From Bigelowiella natans CCMP2755 (taxonomy: Eukaryota; Protista; Cercozoa), in contig ADNK01000004.1 in the NCBI GenBank assembly GCA_000320545.1, positions 37,844 through 101,843 on the forward strand: a DNA stretch of 64,000 bases, given 5' to 3'. A model generated the notes under the pieces. The model was not told the origin of the DNA, did not search any database, and worked only from the letters and a program-made list of their open reading frames with translations. A program made the translations under genes and the position numbers. Positions 38,811-51,088 of this stretch are shown here, piece by piece (position 1 is the first letter of the stretch; each line of letters opens with the position of its first letter).

Positions 38811-40995
38811 TCACGTGCGCCACATCGGCTCCGGCGGCTTGCTATCGTCCAAAATGCCGTTTGCATCCCCACGGGTTAACTCGTAGCGCTCCATGGGATG
38901 CTGGTGACGCTGCTGCTGCTGCTGCTGCTGCGGATGGTGGTGATATGGTTGATGACGCCCACCCGCTTTCTGTTGTTGTTGTTTCTTTCTTATCCGTGAT
39001 GAAGCCGATGAAACTTTGCTGCCTACTCTGCCCGCAGCGAATGGCCTGCCCCCAGTTGTTATCATCGCTGAAGATTGCGGCCTGCCGGAAAAGCTCCTCC
39101 CACCAATCGAGCTGATACCAGTGCCAAACTTGCGCTGCTGCTTTTGCCTCCGCAATGCTTTCCTTCTCTTCTTCTCCCCCCCTCCTCCTACTCGTCCCGC
39201 TCCCCCCCCCCACTGTGGCGGTTGATAATCGAGATCCAGTCCCTTCAGCTCCGGCACGTGCGTGCGGCAAAAGAAAAAGCACGTTGCAGATAAAGCGGAG
39301 ATAGCGAGTAGGATGAACCATGGCTCGAAGATGAACCAGCCTGCGAACCTCGACTCGACATAGAAGTGAAGAAAGGGGAATGGCCCGTGGGGAGGCAGCG
39401 CCCCCGCAGCGCTCAGAGGCATGCGCGAGAAGTAGTCGGGGAGGGCAAGGACGTGGTCAGGACCGATGTCCTCCGCCATAACATATTTGTAGAAGAGAGG
39501 GTCGATGAGAGACACAAGGGCTGCGGCCAGGAGAAATCCGAACGCGCATGTGGAGCACGTGAGGCTCCTAAATCGCTGTGAGCTTATCTCCGATGCCAGC
39601 ACCCACGGTATTGTAGAGAGGCCTAGCCCATGCGAGAAGATGTAAAGATGCATCAGTATAGAGGCAATCCATTTCGTCGTGATGGTCAGGTTAACTCGCT
39701 CTATTAAGCGAGCACCCCCCCCACCAGCGGTATGTTGCTGCTGCTGCGGCTGCTGTTGGAGAAACCACAACATCGCACTGGCTAGATCCGAGGAGAAGAA
39801 TGCGGTCAGAAGAGCGGACACAGACATCCCAGCAAAGGAGGCCATGAGCAGCGGTCGCCTCCCCGTTGAGTCAAGGAGAAGCGAGGACACATAGATGCCA
39901 CATGCAAGCACAGCCAGCGCCAGACCAGCCTCCAACGACGGATCATCAGGAAACAGCGTTTCCGGGCCTACGAGAGGAGGCGCGGGGCGCAGGAGCAAGG
40001 AGTACGGCAGCATAATCTGTGAGAGAATCACTAGCGCCATCATTCCGATCCCAGCCTTCCTTTCGGAGAGGGTCAGCCAACAGCATTTGCCTCCCCCTGA
40101 CTCTGGATCGCTGCTGCTAGCCCCGACGTTCCTCTGCACAAAGGTGCCGCCCCCCCCCACACTATTGCCGGCCATGACGGAGCTGGCAGGGTGGGGAGGG
40201 GTGTTTTGGCCAAGCTGATGCAGAGCTACCGAGTCAATAACATTACCAAGTCGCTGAAGCTCGTGCACCGCTGTCCACACATTTCCCGTCGCTTTCAGCC
40301 ATCGAGGGGACTCAGGTACGCATCCGAGAACGACGAGCAGGCTCCCCGCTGTGAGCATGACGGAGATCATGATCTGCACCCAATGGCACACCCATTGCTC
40401 GATGTGGATGAAGTGGCCGTCCGACAGCGGATTTGTTTTGTTGTGGCTCTTCATGATCTAAGAAGTAGTAGTAATTGTACAAGTGAATAGTAGGAAAGGG
40501 AATGTGCTTATATCCATGCATTTGATTGTTTGAGTGTGGGAGTGTATGCGCGCAACGTATATACGTGTGCGAGCGCCGCGTTGCTGATTGGATTGGTAAT
40601 ACCGTGGCAAAGTCCTGCAAGTTTTCGTTGGCAGCGAGCCCTCCCATCAGCCCCAAGACGATGAAGAAGGGGAAAAGAGACACAAAATGACCTCGAAGAG
40701 CACCGGGGGAGATTTCCGACAGATAGCACGGTGTTGCAACGCACAAGATGCCAATGCTCAATCCTATCACTGCCCTTGCCGCCACGAAGATGTAGACCTC
40801 CCTGTCATGAGGATTTTGTTCAGAAGAAGCTGTTAGCTGCGAATGTTTGGGAGTAGGTAGGTAGGAGCGTAGTAGAGTGGTAGTTCAAGTAGTAGCAATT
40901 TTCTCTCCCCAAAAATATGACGATATGATTTAGTTTTGTCTAATTTTATACACTACACACACAACACACACTCACACATACACACACACACACAC

Positions 40996-41036
<41 letters not shown>

Positions 41037-41946
41037 ATCAATAGGCAACAAACATGTATGCGAATATAAATGACTATATTGTACTAATATGTATACACTC
41101 TCTATACTAAATATGCCGTGCGTGAAGTCACGAGGTGAGGTAAAAAACTTCTCCGCCTCCTCTTCCTCTTTTGTGTTTGTTTGGATGTTTTTCGGCGTTG
41201 ATAACGCAGAAGATCGGAATGAAAACAGCTTACGTTGGGTTGGCGTTTGTGAGCTGGCCTATGAGGGACTGATAGTAACCCTCGTCACCCGATTGCCGAT
41301 GATGATGATTACGATGATGATGATGATGATTAAGATGGCCCTGCTGCTCGAGGTGGTTTTGGGAGCCGTAGAACCCCAACCCGACCATTAGCAGCCAGGA
41401 AAGGCATTGCAATGCTGTGCAAAGATAGATCACGCGCCTTCTTCCAAACCTATCGTTTATGCAACGGTGGTGGTTGTATTAGAATACGTAAAGAGTTGCT
41501 TCGTTTCCTCCCCATACCCACCCCCTTTTCTTCGTCTTCCTCTCCTTCTTCGTTCTCCACCACTTTCCTTCTCTGGCTCTACTTCCCGTGTGCCTGTAGC
41601 TTACCAGTCACAGGTTTTTGTGGCCAAAGCAGCCCCAAAGAGAGAGGCAGCAAGGAAACCTCCCTCGAAGAATAAGCCCTCTTGAGAGAATAAACAGCTG
41701 TAACTGTCCACTTCTTCGTTCGATCGCTGCGCTCTGTTGCCACCGCTACTGTCACTGTATTCATAGTCCGCAATCCATACTGTGATAGGGGGGGGGGGGG
41801 GGTGAGATGGGTGAGTGTTGATTTATGACTTGGTTTGTCACACTGCCAGCTGAAGGCAGCAACGACGCAGAGATAGACCAGCAGAAGCACGATGATGATC
41901 CAATTTTTACTACCATTAAATACTCATTCAAGCAACAACATATACA

Positions 41947-41981
<35 letters not shown>

Positions 41982-42583
41982 TCACAAGAGAAGACTGCTC
42001 TTGACTGAGGCCCCCACGCCATGGCAGATACAGCATCCTGTAAGGAGTAGCCACGTCCGTTAATTGATTTGGTTGAACGAACAAACATTCTTGATTACTA
42101 CTACTATTCCTTCTTCCTAGGACTGACCCTCGCGAAGGCAAAGCTCATGCCGATTAACACACTCGTGGCGGAGGCTAGCATGGCAGAGCTCAAACTTGGC
42201 CAAATGGCCTTCCTTCCACTCCTACTTGTCCGTGAGGCTCCTCCTCCTCCTCCTCCTCTTCCTGTGGCTCTACGCCGTGTCGTCAACCTGGAGTAGTCAC
42301 CACTAGTTGTTTCGTCGAGAATGTACCGCCTAGCAGCTAGTAGCGGATCCTCTTCGCTTGGTGCGTTGCGTCGGCGCTGCCTCTCTCCATTTGTCCTTAT
42401 CGTAGCCCTGAAACAATCAACAAGCAACGATTTCATCCTTTGTTGATTGATACGTATATCAACGAGGCAAGGCTCGATGAATGACTGGTCGCCCTGCTGT
42501 GTGGCATTATTCACCGTTTCGCACCAGGTAGGTCGAGAATGACCGGTCTCAATCGTCGTCATCATCATTATCGCCATCACCAT
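38811..42583 (-). CDS. MFS sugar porter family transporter (GLUT8/ERD6-like); 5' end uncertain, possibly fused to the upstream NEK kinase
   Basis: Motifs DWFGRR, ARAVIGLSIG, YLSEISPGALRG, PESPRWL, LDSTGRRPLL, GLSTIPWVLASEI, VPELKG; dileucine motif SEEDPLL before TM1. Confidence 0.9.
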
Positions 42584-42806
42584 ATAAGAATAACAATCAT
42601 TATGATATCATTTGTGGTGCTGCTGCTGCTCTTTGTCGAGGATGTTGGTCTGCCTCGAAGCTGCTGTCTCCGATTGGCTTCGGACCCATCACCACGCGCA
42701 CAAGCATTAAAACAAACGCTCGTCTGGAGGAAACAACAACGCGCGAAGCAGCGTACGACTATAATAATTACATGCTGCTAGTGCTGCGGCGCTAGCTGCT
42801 TAATTA

Positions 42807-43315
42807 TTACCCTTTGCTTTTGCCCCACTTCTTGGCGTCAAGGATGCTGCCGGTGCCACTCCCGCCACAGCTCAACACACCACCACTTGCGCTGCTACTC
42901 AGCATTCCTCTGTCCAGCGCCAGGTAACTGTCCCCGCCCTGAAGATAGAGCCAATGATGAGAATAATTGTGAAAACGGTGGTGAGAGAGAGAGGGACAGA
43001 GTGTCAGCCAGTAGTGATGAAGACTGACTGCACGGAGTGATAGATCATAATCATCATTATCATTATCAACAGCATATATTGCAGCTGCTAATTGTTAATT
43101 CTAGTATCAACGAATGACGCTAAAGGGGAGAGGGATGATGGTACATACGTCCATGCCTAGCTCTACTCCTAATCTGCGTGCGTTCTCCACCTAATCGATT
43201 GGTATAGAAGCAGGAAATAACATCGTCTCATGAAGTGATGAAGGAAGAGTACCAACTATAAGCCAAAACATAAATATAACGGGCAATAGCGCATCCATCA
43301 TTGTCGTCCACCATT

Positions 43316-43346
<31 letters not shown>

Positions 43347-44331
43347 GTAGCAGCAGCAGCGGCACCCAACCTGTAGGTAGGTCATGTTGCAAGAGAGGCT
43401 GCCCAAGTATCGCGCTAATGCCTTCCGCACCACGGACTTTTGCAGAATCTGACCAACACTTGGACGTTTCTTCGCGCTCACCTGCTCATCATTCAACCGA
43501 CGTATTATTCTATGAACATGATGATGATTATGATGATGATGATTATGATGATGATGATTATGATGATGATGATGATGACGATGAGCATGTCGTCGTTGTT
43601 ATCTATATTAACACCTGCAGCAGCTCATCCACCAATTCGCAAATTTCTTTGCTGTAACCCTGGGGAAGCGGGGTGTATTTTCGGGTCAAAATCTGCCGCT
43701 GGAGGACCTATCGTGGCAACAAGGATAACAATATACACAAATGCACTCAGACACACCATCTCTCATCAATGGTCGTTGCTGCCAAAGCAGAGCGAGGTGA
43801 GAAGAACTTGTTTTTTTTCTTCTTCTACTACTACTACTACTGGAGGTAATACTTGAATGCTTGTCTGTTCTCCGAAGGCTTGCCTTAGCGCTACCATTTC
43901 ATAGAGTATGCAGCCCAAAGACCAAACGTCCACTTTCTTTGTATACTTTTGCCTGCGTTGAAGCATACAGCAATATAATATTATTCACGCACCTCCCCTC
44001 TAAATCCTTTCAATCTTCGTGGTCATAGCCAGTATTAGCATCATCCCCATTAGCACTACCTGAGAAAGAGCTCGGGTGCGATGTAGTTCGGAGTGCCGCA
44101 GAAGGTTTTGGCGAAGTCATTTACATTTTCGAGTGCCTTTGAAATCCCAAGGTCACCTGATAATGAATGTGAGGTACATCTTCTTGTTGTTGAGATGCAA
44201 AGCATGTGCGAGCGTACATCCAACTAGATTTATTACCGACAACGACGACGGTGTCATTTATAAAAATGTTCTTCGGTTTAAGATCCCGGTGGATGATGTC
44301 CTGAAAGAAAGAAAATTGTGATGATTAAATA

Positions 44332-44367
<36 letters not shown>

Positions 44368-44386
44368 ACACATAATATATGTGTAT

Positions 44387-44435
<49 letters not shown>

Positions 44436-44452
44436 CATAGTTTAGTATAGAT

Positions 44453-44500
<48 letters not shown>

Positions 44501-45185
44501 GTTACCCCCCCCCCCCCCCCTCGCATGTTGAAGTTTTTCGATTACTGCGGTGCTCACCTTTCTATGCAAGAAGTAAACGCCAAAAAGGATCTGTGTGAAA
44601 ATCGTCAGCACAACCTCCTCGCTGATAATTAATAACCACAGAAAGTTAGTGTTGTACAAATTTAAAAAAAACATATTCCTATATAAGATAAAATCAAAGT
44701 TGGTTTTGTAATTCAAAAGTCTGTTATCGATGCCTTATAGGTTCCTTCCTCTCTCGCTGCTGCTCGATGTAGCTCCCAAGGTTACCGTCCTGAGAAGAAA
44801 GATCGTGATTTAGGAAGCATCTCAAGACATGTTCAACTTGGTGAAGAGAGAATAGCAGTTTATCACCTTGTAGAACTCCATAACAATGCAAAGATGGTCG
44901 TCAGCGTGAAATGAGTCGACGTAGGTAACGATATTCGGGTGGTGCAACTGGATAAAAGTAAAGTAATCCATATTAATTTCTTCAAAATAGAGCGCATTTT
45001 TGCAACAGTTTGACCTTGGAAAGCAGTTGGACTTCGTTATAGTAATATCGGGCCCTCTTTTGGCTCGCTCTTGACAAGTTCATCCGTTTCATTACAAAAA
45101 CTCGTCCATCGCGTTTCCTCCTCACGAGGTGTACGACACCGAAAGTTCCTCGATCGAGCTCCCCCGCGACACTGTACGATTCCAT
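42807..45185 (-). CDS. NEK: NEK (NIMA-related) Ser/Thr protein kinase, ~11 exons
   Basis: LDRGTFGVV, FVMK, NEVQLLSKLHHPNIVTYVDSF, LCIVMEF, HRDLKPKNIF, GDLGISKAL, CGTPNYIAPE, DVWSLGCILYEM, KRPSVGQIL. Stops at 42807 unless spliced onward; one GC-AG intron. Confidence 0.92.
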
Positions 45186-46192
45186 CCTCGTTCAAAATGA
45201 AAGCCAAAATCTCCAACTAATCACTTCTATCCTCTTTGACTTCCAGCTCTGGAGCGTGTTATCGATGACTACGGTTCAGACCCGTCCATTGATTCGTACT
45301 AGAAGAAATACACATTCCATGAGATTAAAAGTAGAGGATTGAAACCTACATCACTCCATTTGAGCTAAATTGACCCTTTATTTTCTCATCTAGTATGGCA
45401 TTGTGGCCACGGACTCCAAGAATCGAGAGCTTCATCATGGAGTTTTCTTACTCTCCAAAATGAATGTCGTCTTGATGAATAGTGTGTTGAGGATAAATAA
45501 AGTTTCCATCATTCGGTGGGGCAAAATTTGGTCATCATAGGTCCTACACATTTCGAAATTCGTGTTGTTGTCAGTGTTTACGTGAGCGGCTCGTTGTAGG
45601 GGGTGGGTCCCATACGCCGAAATAATAATTCATCAGCATCGGCCTTTTTCAGTCCAGCTTCCAAAAAAGTGTTGCAAATGACATTGCATAAATTCAATAA
45701 TGCAAGATATTTTCATTCCTTCATGAAGAAAGCAAGTTGATTCTGACCTATTTCCCCTTCCAAGGGGGCACAATAAGCCGAATCGCTGTTGTCGATGCTC
45801 ATAGTTGATGTCGTAGGTTATAAGAATCAGGGTATTCACTGCTTTTTCTCTCTGATGACCACCTTCGAATATGACTGAGAAAGGATGGAAACCTTCTCCC
45901 GCCTTTTTATTAAGTCGGTGCGAATGCTCAGGTTTCCAATTCTAAATAATTGCCTAAAAGTGTCCGTGGTTCTTCGGAAAATCTCATTACATTATCCTGG
46001 CAGAAATCCATGGAAATTTCTTCAAGACATCTCAGCAAATATGGGAATGAATGCCGAAGTGTTGCGGGTTTTCCAGATCGGATTTATCTCACCCAGGCCT
46101 ATTTTGGTAAATATTCTAACGGCATTTTATCTAACAAATAATGGACTGAAATAGAAAGAATAGAATCGAGAATCAGGGCTGCACCAGAGTCA

Positions 46193-48843
46193 ATGAGCGA
46201 AGCAGCCATGAGCGAGCAGAAGAACGAGGAGAGTAAGAAGGACCTCACAGTTCGAGTTCTGTGCTACAATATCCTTGCGGGACCTTATTGCAGGGTGATA
46301 CAGAAAATGATATGCTTGTAGAAGCAGGAGGGCGTAAGGCTTGATGGTGCATTGATATATCAGGCGACCGAGTTCTTTAAATGCAAACCGGACCACTGCA
46401 ACAAGGATAAAAGATTTGCAAGGATTCTTAAGGTTGACATATGTATTTGTATTTTTCCATAGCGAATTCTGTAGGATAGTGTCGTAAAATGTAACCTACC
46501 GTTCTGTCGCAGATAGTGCAAGCTCATATGAAGCAAAAGGCTATCATTTGCCTTCAAGAGGTGACTTTCGGAGGAGAAACGTAAGCAGTCGAAATGTTGT
46601 TAAACATAAGCTTATTATATTATAGGTAACTGAGGAGTGGGCCGGTAAACTGCATAGCTTCTTCGCCAAGAACGACTACCACATGATAACTTCAAATTAC
46701 AATATAAGATCAAATTCAGGTAGGTTTCGTGGAAGAATAGTATCTCAGATGAAATATTCCAATAAAATATTGATGACAACACAATTAGGACATATGGGAG
46801 TGGCATTAGCCTTTCCTCAATCTTACAGTTTGGAACAAACAAAGTAGTGACATCACCTAACCTTTGCCAGTGTCGGCTTATTATGAACATTGATTGTGAT
46901 TATCAAGATTGCTTCGGCCGAGTCGTGTTCAAGTGAACTACAAGAAGCTCATTGATGCAAAATCATCCGCATCGTCGTCGCAGAAAACTCAAGCTGCTCT
47001 TTATTTTGCCGGGGCTCTTGGAGCTGTCGGTGCGACGTCCCTCATCACAAGTCATTTTGTTTCTCAAGCTGCCGTTGCAGGTGATAAGAAGCGCAGCACA
47101 TATATAAGTACCCTAGGGAGTATTGCGGGAGTTATGCTCGCTGGATTCACGTGGGTGTTAGCATCAAGGACGATTTCAAATAAAACTGCCTGGCCGGAAC
47201 CTACATTTGTAATAACCAGCTACTAATGCAACAGCTAATCCCTGCCTCTTTTTCTTTCCAGAAAAAGAATTTAAACATGTTTTGTCAGAAGATAAATACA
47301 CAACTTACTTGTACATGTGAACCAGGAGGAAAGACTGAGAAAGGTTAACAACGTAATGCTTCTCGTCAAACTCAAAGATCCCGTCGCGAGGAAATCATTC
47401 TGGTGGGGACTAGATGAAGAAGCAAAATGTTCCTATAACACCAAATATTTTCGGTTTCCGATAAGGAGACTAAATGGTGATGATAGTTTTTGAACTGCGG
47501 AAGATTGGAACTCCCATCTTCTCATTAAGAATATTTAATCCACAATTTCGAATCGTCGTCGTTGCAATGCTTACTGTTCTATGTAATATCATAGTCCTCT
47601 TCCTCATCGTTCTATTCCTGCTACCCCCCCCCCCCTCATATCTCTTGTCTCCTTTGGTCCATGTAACAAAGGGTATCCACTTATCACATGCCGTGCCAGT
47701 TTTGGGACGAACAAGCGATGGTGGCCTATGCGTCTCTCTGCAAGAAACAAATCTTCCGGCTGGCCAAGAATGACCCGTAGGATGATCACGATCTCAACGA
47801 ATGATGATGCAAACAAATGAATGATCCGTTGCACTATAGCTTAATGACCCCTGTGTTAAAAGTACAATAGAGAACTAATACGTTTGGTGGATGGTCCCTG
47901 TTCTTTCCTCCTCTTCCCCCTCCCCTCTATTTTCTATTTTCGGTCAAAGCTGATTAACGACCCCCCCCCCCTCCCTTTCGCTTTCGCCCACTCTTGCTTA
48001 TATTAGGGTGATATTTGCTGGAGATTTCAACTCCAGGCCGGAGTCACCCTCCTACCATGCGCTCACACAAAGAGATCCTCCAGAAGGGTATTAAATTGGT
48101 AGGGGGAGGATGATGCTGATAGCGGTTTTGACAACATTTTATGATAGATAAATGGTGGAAAACGTTGTGAATATGATGTTGTAGTCGAACATGCTCTCTG
48201 TAGCTGTGTTTTGAGTTGTTTTTGAGGGGTGGAGAGCGGAGCGATAATCATTTTCTGTGAGTTATGATATATGAAGAACGGGAGCGAAGAGGGTTAGGGG
48301 CATTTCTCGATGATGCCTTACTTTCTTGACAGAGCGTATAAAAACGATTACTTCATTGCCTGTAGGTATGGTGATTTGATGATAAGTGGCAAAGCACTGC
48401 TTCCGCTAAGATCGAAACCGTTTTATAGGTGAAGTTGGAGATCAAAGAAAGAGAGAGGGGGGCAACATATTAGCGATAATGATACTGTGGCCGATGATAA
48501 GCATATCCTCGCATCATCCTTTTCGCACGCAGCATTGATGAGATCGACTAATCTGAACTATCTTCTCTCTCTTCCCTCTCTTCTCCTCTTGCTTGTTCCT
48601 TGTTGTTCAGTGCCTACCAAAGCAAGAATGGGCAAGAGCCTGATTTCACCAACTACGCTGTCCGCACGTTTAAAGACAAGCTCATACAGTTCATGGGATG
48701 TATCGACTATATCTTCATTTCCGACCATTGGAAGGTGGCTTCTGTGCTCGAGACCCCGGATATGTAAGTAGCAGCAGCGGCTATTGTTGAAAAAAATGGA
48801 ACAAGATGTAGTGTAGGAAGATGTAATGATGGCTCATCGCTTT

Positions 48844-48901
<58 letters not shown>

Positions 48902-49045
48902 TGTGCGTGCGTGCGCGCGCGTGTGTCCGACCTCCTCATCTATTATTTTAGGGAAGAGACAAAAAAAGCATGTGAATCGTACCCGACGGAAGACCAGCCG
49001 AGCGACCATTTACCGATAGCTGCGGAGTTGGTTCTCACTTCGTAA
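46193..49045 (+). CDS. EEP-superfamily nuclease/phosphatase (CCR4/nocturnin/PDE12-like)
   Basis: Spliced catalytic motifs VLCYNILA, IICLQEV, TYHMPC, AGDFNS, EPDFTN, GCIDYIF, PSDHLP; canonical introns. Confidence 0.92.
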
Positions 49046-49249
49046 AAAAGAGGTGTGAGAGGAGGAAACATCGTGGCAGCCATGCCAAAGTAGTTTTATG
49101 AAGCTAAAGATACAGGAAGCGGCACTACTATATTATTAATCAAGTGCACGCTAAGAGCAATCAAACTGGAAGCATGTAACAACAAAATTTTATCCGGCTA
49201 GAAAATAGCCTGCACGCCTTTGACTTATTTGCATTCTCTCATTTCCTTA

Positions 49250-50350
49250 CGAGGCAAGTACGTGATGACACTTCCATGCAGTGACGTAGTCTTTCTGGCG
49301 CTGCGCGCTATAGATCGACTGATCATAATCTAGACAATAAAGTCATGCTAGGTGTACAGAGTACGTATCTATATATGATGTCTAGAGCTATATCTGAATC
49401 TAGAAATAGATACCTGTCAGCTAGCTAGCTAGACTAGATGCTTTGAGGCGTGCGACGCCCGGTGTCACTACTGCAAGGCGTTGGTACACACTAGCACACT
49501 AGCACAGCTAGACAGATCTAGAGATAACAATTAGTCAGAACTAGACAGGCCTAGAGGTATGGAACCCGAGTGCTAAACACGACTATCTAGCTATTCTAGA
49601 CGACACGTTGAAACCTAGTACACTGGCACTACATCTAGATATCTAGACCACACTTGCCCGTTGGCAAAGCGATATGAGTAGTCGATATAGCTAGATAGCT
49701 AACTGAGCATTTTGGGTCATGTATGATTGTCTCAACAACATGTATGAGCTCAAATGCTGCAAGAGAGAGAGCATTTTAACACTTCATGCTAGCATGCTTG
49801 AGCCATGAACATCATCATGCATTCTGATTGAGAAGCGTAGCGTTGCATTGTTCACTGCTAGCTTGTACATAGGCTACCTAGACTCACTGCAATGTTGGAT
49901 CTGAGCGAGGCTTCGCTTGACTGTGCTAGCTGTGCGATGCGTCGATCGCGTCGAGCTAGCTAGCGAGCTATGTGCTAGCACGTGCGCACACATTTGCATG
50001 CAGCATGCTAGCTACGCTGCGTAGCTAGCATGAGATGCGATCATTCTAGCATTCTTAGATAGTATAGCGACTACACCATTCGCACCATTCGATCTAGCAT
50101 TGCTACGCACAAGCGCATTGTTTCAAAGCTAGAAAGCGTCTAGCTAGCTACACTAACTATTTTGGCCATATACTGCCCGCATGTATAGTGGATACATCAA
50201 GCTAGCAAGCTACCAAGATATCTAGATATAGCCGCTGGTACTATCGTTTAGACGATATTCTCACAGCTAGACAGGTCAAGGTACACAGACATTCACGAGG
50301 ACAGTGCAGATATGCTGTATAGATGTTGTAAAGAGATGCATCTAGGCGGC
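49250..50350. other. Largest palindrome-dense (CTAG/AGCT/CATG/TGCA) 3' intergenic island; one of about 10 in the window
   Basis: Dense runs such as agctagctagctagactag, gagctagctagcgagcta and ctagatatctag; no ORF in the track; lies between convergent stop codons. Confidence 0.8.
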
Positions 50351-51088
50351 TTATGAGAATGAACAAAGGTGATTGATAACGCAAAATTAAATTTATGGAT
50401 GCACTAGTTAAATATCAACCCTTCAGCTGCGAAGAATAGCTGGGAAACATCATCATAACATCAACTCTGGAAATCATCATCATAACATCAACTACTAATA
50501 ACTACGATATGCTTCTAAAAGGCATCATCGCTTACAGACGTGGAATTTGTGCAGTGCTGCTACCACTACGTTCATGCTGCTAAAGCGGCACCTGCTATAT
50601 TTCCCATCAATATCGCCACCATCACATCCTCACTGCTACGGTCCTTTTTTCACATTGGTAACTACGACCACACATGTTCGCCACTACTACTACTACTACG
50701 ACTACTATGACGACTATAAATTCTTTATGTGGGTTGGAATATCATGCAGAGATATGACGAGAATCTGGCATAGGAGGACACACGATACTGGTGCTGCCTC
50801 ATCTAACGCTACTGCGACTACTCGCAGTCCATCACGTGAGAGGGAGCTGCCTTACTGTCCCCGTCGCCACTAGACTTTTGAAACCTGCAAGATTAGAAAA
50901 CCTTTGAACAAAATGGAAACGCACACACACACGCACACACACAAATACACTTCTGCTCGTCTGATAGCTGACGATAATGATAAGAGTGATGATGGTCGTA
51001 CTAGTTCGAATAGCACTTCCATCGCCATGCAAGATAACTCTGGTGTGTATATATCTTGTTGCTAATATTCTGAGTAGCTAGTTAATCG

